DNA of 64,000 bases from Paraspadella gotoi (lineage: Eukaryota > Animalia > Chaetognatha), in contig CM119270.1 in assembly GCA_051294375.1 (NCBI GenBank), positions 8,997,986-9,061,985 of the forward strand. Direction: 5' to 3'. This document shows positions 59,608 through 64,000 of this stretch, in pieces. Numbering within the stretch: the first letter of the stretch is position 1; each line of letters starts with the position of its first letter. The notes below the pieces were generated by a model. It was not told the DNA's origin, did no database searches, and saw only the letters and a list, made by a program, of their open reading frames with translations. The position numbers were made by a program, and so were the translations under genes.

Positions 59608-60105
59608 ATGTCTCTCTCCGAGTTTCAAAAGAAGAAGATGCATCACGTCTTCAAACTTTTTTTTGACGTCGATCACAACAACATCATCGATTGGAGAGAT
59701 TTCGAGGTGATGTTATTGCTTGTTCCCCAATGCTTCTATGTATTTTTAGATAGATTTCTCGTCAATAACCGAGAGCTAACAACCATCTTGACAGGCTGAC
59801 CATAAAGAATTATGAAAAAATTTATTACTTTTACAATTACACAGTTTATTGTACTCACAAAGAATTTCTACAAGTTTTGTTTTGTTTGGCTCATTTTCAA
59901 AATAGCTTATTTTCCTAAAGCAATTTTATATTTTTTTATCTTCTCTCAATATTTCTCTTTAACAGTTTCTTTTAATCACCAGTGCGCCGTCAACAAGTTC
60001 TGCAAAACGCACAATTGGCCCGAGGACGGAAGCCAAAGACGAGAGGCCTTGGCAACCATGAAACTCATCTGGGAAGGCCTCCAGGCGAGAGCCGACAACA
60101 ACAAG
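59608..60105 (+). CDS. Calexcitin / sarcoplasmic calcium-binding protein (EF-hand), first two coding exons (59608-59706, 59983-60105); gene continues beyond the window
   Basis: MSLSEFQKKKMHHVFKLFFDVDHNNIIDWRDFE|CAVNKFCKTHNWPEDGSQRREALATMKLIWEGLQARADNNK: EF-hand DVDHNNIIDWRDF, calexcitin-type 'LSEFQKKK..VF..FFD' start and 'IWEGL...AD.N.D'; phase-0 GT-AG intron; 5'UTR acceptor at 59559. Confidence 0.85.
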
Positions 60106-61004
60106 GTCATTTATTTTATGAATATATTTTTATTGTCAGTGTTATAAACAAATTACCTAAAACGTCAACAAATGATCGTCAAATAGTCATTTGGATAAAA
60201 GCTTGCAACTTGGTTTTTTTAACTTTGGCTCTATATGAAATTCAGTGAACTATTTTTTTGTACATAGGTTACAGACTTTAGTTTTTACTTTTCGCGCTTT
60301 CCTAATTTTTAATCTGCGTTCACACTTTCAAATGCTTTTCTTTGTTTATGTGAAACTATATAGAAAAAATGTGATAATATTGTAAGATTTCTTCAATGAA
60401 AATTTCTTAAATCGTAAGTTATATATATATATATATATTTATAATATATATAACGTACAATTTACCAGTAGATAACTATAAAAGTAAAATGTTCATATTA
60501 ACTAGATACAATGAATAAAGAAATTTTATTTTTGCTAGAAGAAAGATAAAATATACGGCGTTTCTCAGTCATGTAAAATTGGTAAATGTCGCTAATAAAA
60601 TGAAAGAAAAAAAGCTAGCAAAAGTGTGGTAGCTCGTAAAATGTCTCGTAAATGCTCAACGTAAACAAGATTCTCTTCCAAAACTTCCACCTCAATCTCT
60701 TCTACTCTTTTTTTTCTTTTTCATCTCCTTGATTTTTTCCCCCCCAACACTTTTTTATCCTTTCATTTCTTCTCCTGCTTTCTAATTTCACTTTCTCCTT
60801 TCCACTTTCCGTCAGTTTGCATTCACCCCTCAAATCTTCCCCTTCAGTTTCTTTCCGTCGTAATTTTCTTTTTTTTTTCAAATATTTTTCCCTTTTCCCT
60901 TTCTTTCACCTTTTACTCATCCCATTTCCTTTTCTTCTTTTTTCGTCTCACCGCTTCCTTTTCCTTTCCCCTCTCTCCACGAAATCAGCGGCTTTCACGG
61001 GCTC

Positions 61005-61060
61005 CGTTTTAACGGTGGTTGTGTCGCGCTTAACGTGATTTCACAACCGCCGTTGGGTCG
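61005..61060 (+). ncRNA. Candidate pre-miRNA hairpin, 3p arm with miR-67/miR-307 seed
   Basis: CGTTTTAACGGTGGTTGTG pairs with CACAACCGCCGTTGGGTCG; the 3p arm starts TCACAACC at 61041; intronic and sense to the calexcitin gene. Confidence 0.35.
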
Positions 61061-61664
61061 TCGACATCGTCTGAAACGTCGTCGTCGTCATCGTCGTCGT
61101 CGTCGTCGTCGCCATCGTCTTAAAAGTCGTTGCCGACTTCGTCATCGACGTAATTTGTCGCGGTTATAAGCCGTTTCGGTTATAACGTCGTTGATTCAAG
61201 GAAAACGGGTTTTACGCCATCGTCGTCGTCGTCGTCGTCGTCCTTTGTCGTCTTCATTGTCGTCGTCGTCGTCGCCTTTGTCGTCACCGTCGTCTTTTGT
61301 CGTCGCAATTTTCGTCGTCATCGTCGTGGTCGTCGTCCTGGTTTTCACCGCCGGTTTCCACGGGCGACATTCTCATCTCCGACATCGAAACTAATCTCGC
61401 TCCATTATTCGCGTCGGACCTTCTGAACCCGGGGCAGACTCGCGGAACCTTTCGCCCCGTCGACTTTCGATGCAGTCAAACCATTTCGCGTGCTGCAGGC
61501 GAATGCAGACGGCTGCAGGCGGCTGCATCTGGCACGGAAGTACAGTCGCTTTCCAAGGGTGCATTCTGAGTAGGGTAAGTGGTCCTAAAAGCCATTGCGG
61601 TCCCTGGCCTTTCGAGCATTTGCTTCGGAACGCGGTCAAGCAAATCGTTACATTTAAATTCAGA

Positions 61665-61787
<123 letters not shown>

Positions 61788-64000
61788 GATTTACATGTAA
61801 GAACTGATAATCTATTCTACTACTACTATTACTGTAGCTCATGACAAATAAAGTAGTAGTTAACCATCGTAGAACTTATGTGCTATACCACGCTATACGC
61901 GGCCTAAGGCAAGCGGATTAATTCGAGCGTGAACAAATAATTTTGGGTCCTCACTGAGGGCTGGCGGGAGAAAGGGATCTTTTGTGAAGAGACGGCGACG
62001 GAGGCAGAGAAAAAGTTTTTCGCGTAAAATCTAACAATTAGGAGTCGCGCAATGGGAGGCAAGAGTGGGCGCAATGATGGGCAAAAATATTGTGAGAAAG
62101 GAAAGTGAACGTCGTGACTGTGAAAGCGTCAGGCGGACTGTACGTGTGGAGAGACTAGAAAGTAGAGCGGAGCCGAGTCTATGTTGGTTCTCTTGGTACA
62201 ATGTTGAGAGAAGCATTCTGCTCAAGAGAGGGTTCACTGATGAGTGTGGACTGTGGAGGTAGGGGGTTAGGTTTTTAGGGGTTGTGGGAGTTGAAATGAA
62301 TTGAAGGGGGAGAGGGATGAGGGAAACTCTGAGTCTGTCCTGATCGCGTCGTCTGAAAGAGAAATGAAGGACCATTAGACTCCAAAAGAAGGAAAATGGC
62401 TCAGCGTGGAAAACCCTTAGACGAACCAGCGTTTAAAGAGGACCCAGTTTTCAATGGGCGCGCAGAGAAATGGCTCTTTTACGCCAAGAAGAGTAAATTT
62501 AAATTGGCGCGTAAACTAATTACCTCATCAGAACTGAGAAAGGCAATCGGAGATTTTGATAATTAATTCGGTGTTCCTGGGTGTATGAATGGATGAAAAA
62601 GCTTTAAATCGTTTTGCATAAATAAATCGTGGATAAGAGAAATACTTAAGAAAAAGATGCTGTAACCCCCTCGGCCTTCACTTAAAAAAAAAAAAAGCAA
62701 CCTCAATGACCAGTCAAAGTGCTGACAGTCAAAATGAAAGGAGTAATGACTTTTCCAAAAAAATTTTTGCCCACCTATTCTGGTCTGACTTGGACAAGGA
62801 GTGTCTGATCTCCGGCTCCAGAAGCACCGGATCCGGCAGAAAAGCTTTCACTCTTTCGTAGTCGTCGTCGTCTTCGTCTTCATGGGCGTCCCCGGGTCCG
62901 TGCCTCATCTGTATGCCCCAAGCGAAGACCGTGATCTTTTTATCCTACGAGTTCCCCCCCCTTTCGCCCCTCCTCCGCTCGGAGGGAAGGAGAGAGGAAT
63001 CGCTTCCCCTTCACGTAGTTAAGCCTCTGACTAATGCGATGAAATAACTCGGTTTCAATCGGCGTCGATCAAAAGACGATTGAATGGATTTATTGCGGGT
63101 AATGAGCCAAAATTCTTTTTTTTTTTTTTTTTTTTGATCACTGTAAATACGGTAAAGCATGTAAATTGAAATTTTCTTGACGATTGTCTATTCTATTTCC
63201 CAAAAGTCTAAACCAAATATATTTTTAAAAAATATGTCGCACGCCCGGTTAAATCTGAAACTTTCAACCTCCAAAATGCTCTTTTCCAAATCGAAAAAAA
63301 AAAAATGGGAAAAATTTTAAACCGATTAGGATGAAATTGGATAAACGCCCACAATTCCACAAAAATTTCGAAATGCGAAAAAAAAGGAAATAGTTTCACA
63401 AAACCTGTAGAAAAAAAAAACACCTAAAGTCAAGAAAACAAGAAATTTCGTGATTTGTTGTGTTTCTTGAAGCGCAAGTTAAATCTAAAACAACTTGATT
63501 TAAATCCACGTCACTTCTCAAACGATAAAAAGAGAGAGAAACCACGAACCCAGGATCCCAACCTCCCAAACTACAACGACAACAACAACCGACAGGATCT
63601 GCGGTTCGATTCGGACCGGATGAGCAGCGACGCGGAAAGAGAAAGGGTGGTGGGTGGGAAGTAGGGAGTGAGGGGTGGTGTTTATTGGCGGGTGGTCTTG
63701 TGGAAATAAATTCGGGCCGAAGAGATAGAGCGAAAACTGAAAAACATTGTTCTGCTGGCGAAAAAACCATTGAGAAATTGATTTTGTATTTCAACTTTCT
63801 ACATAAAACGATTTGCCCTGTTTGCCTTCGCCTTGTAAAACATGATCTTTATCTTTGTTGGTTTAGGACAGAAGTTGTCGATAATCGGACAGAGCTGCGA
63901 CAAGAATGTAGTATGTTTAAATATATCTAACGCAGTGACAAGTGAATCATAGAAATGAACAGAAATATGTCCAAATAAGGAAGTATAAGTCCAATTGAAG

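Overview
Animal (invertebrate, probably protostome) genomic window with short GT-AG introns and many (GA/CT)n and (GTC)n microsatellites. Genes: the last two exons of an unknown single-pass membrane protein (+, 111-506); a complete Mind bomb-2 E3 ligase (-, 2407-16763, ~24 coding exons); VPS26C/DSCR3 (+, 19746-21551, 7 exons, head-to-head with mib2); a complete mixed-lineage kinase (MLK/Slipper-type MAP3K; +, 22719-40970, ~26 exons); and the first two coding exons of a calexcitin/sarcoplasmic calcium-binding EF-hand gene (+, from 59608). Most interesting: a 697-bp non-coding miniature LTR element (TRIM, 53506-54202; TG..CA LTRs, PBS, PPT, 4-bp TSD) whose LTRs carry a tRNA-derived Pol III promoter followed by a permuted twister-ribozyme-like motif, i.e. 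a candidate Pol III-driven LTR 'retrozyme'. Also: a U2 snRNA in a mib2 intron with its 5' end replaced by (CT)n; an unknown multi-hairpin motif present twice with changes almost confined to loops; a candidate miR-67/307-seed hairpin; a ~46-aa insertion inside the MLK SH3 domain; several HINE/MITE elements; and three frameshifts that are probably assembly errors. Exon boundaries and RNA folds were derived by eye.
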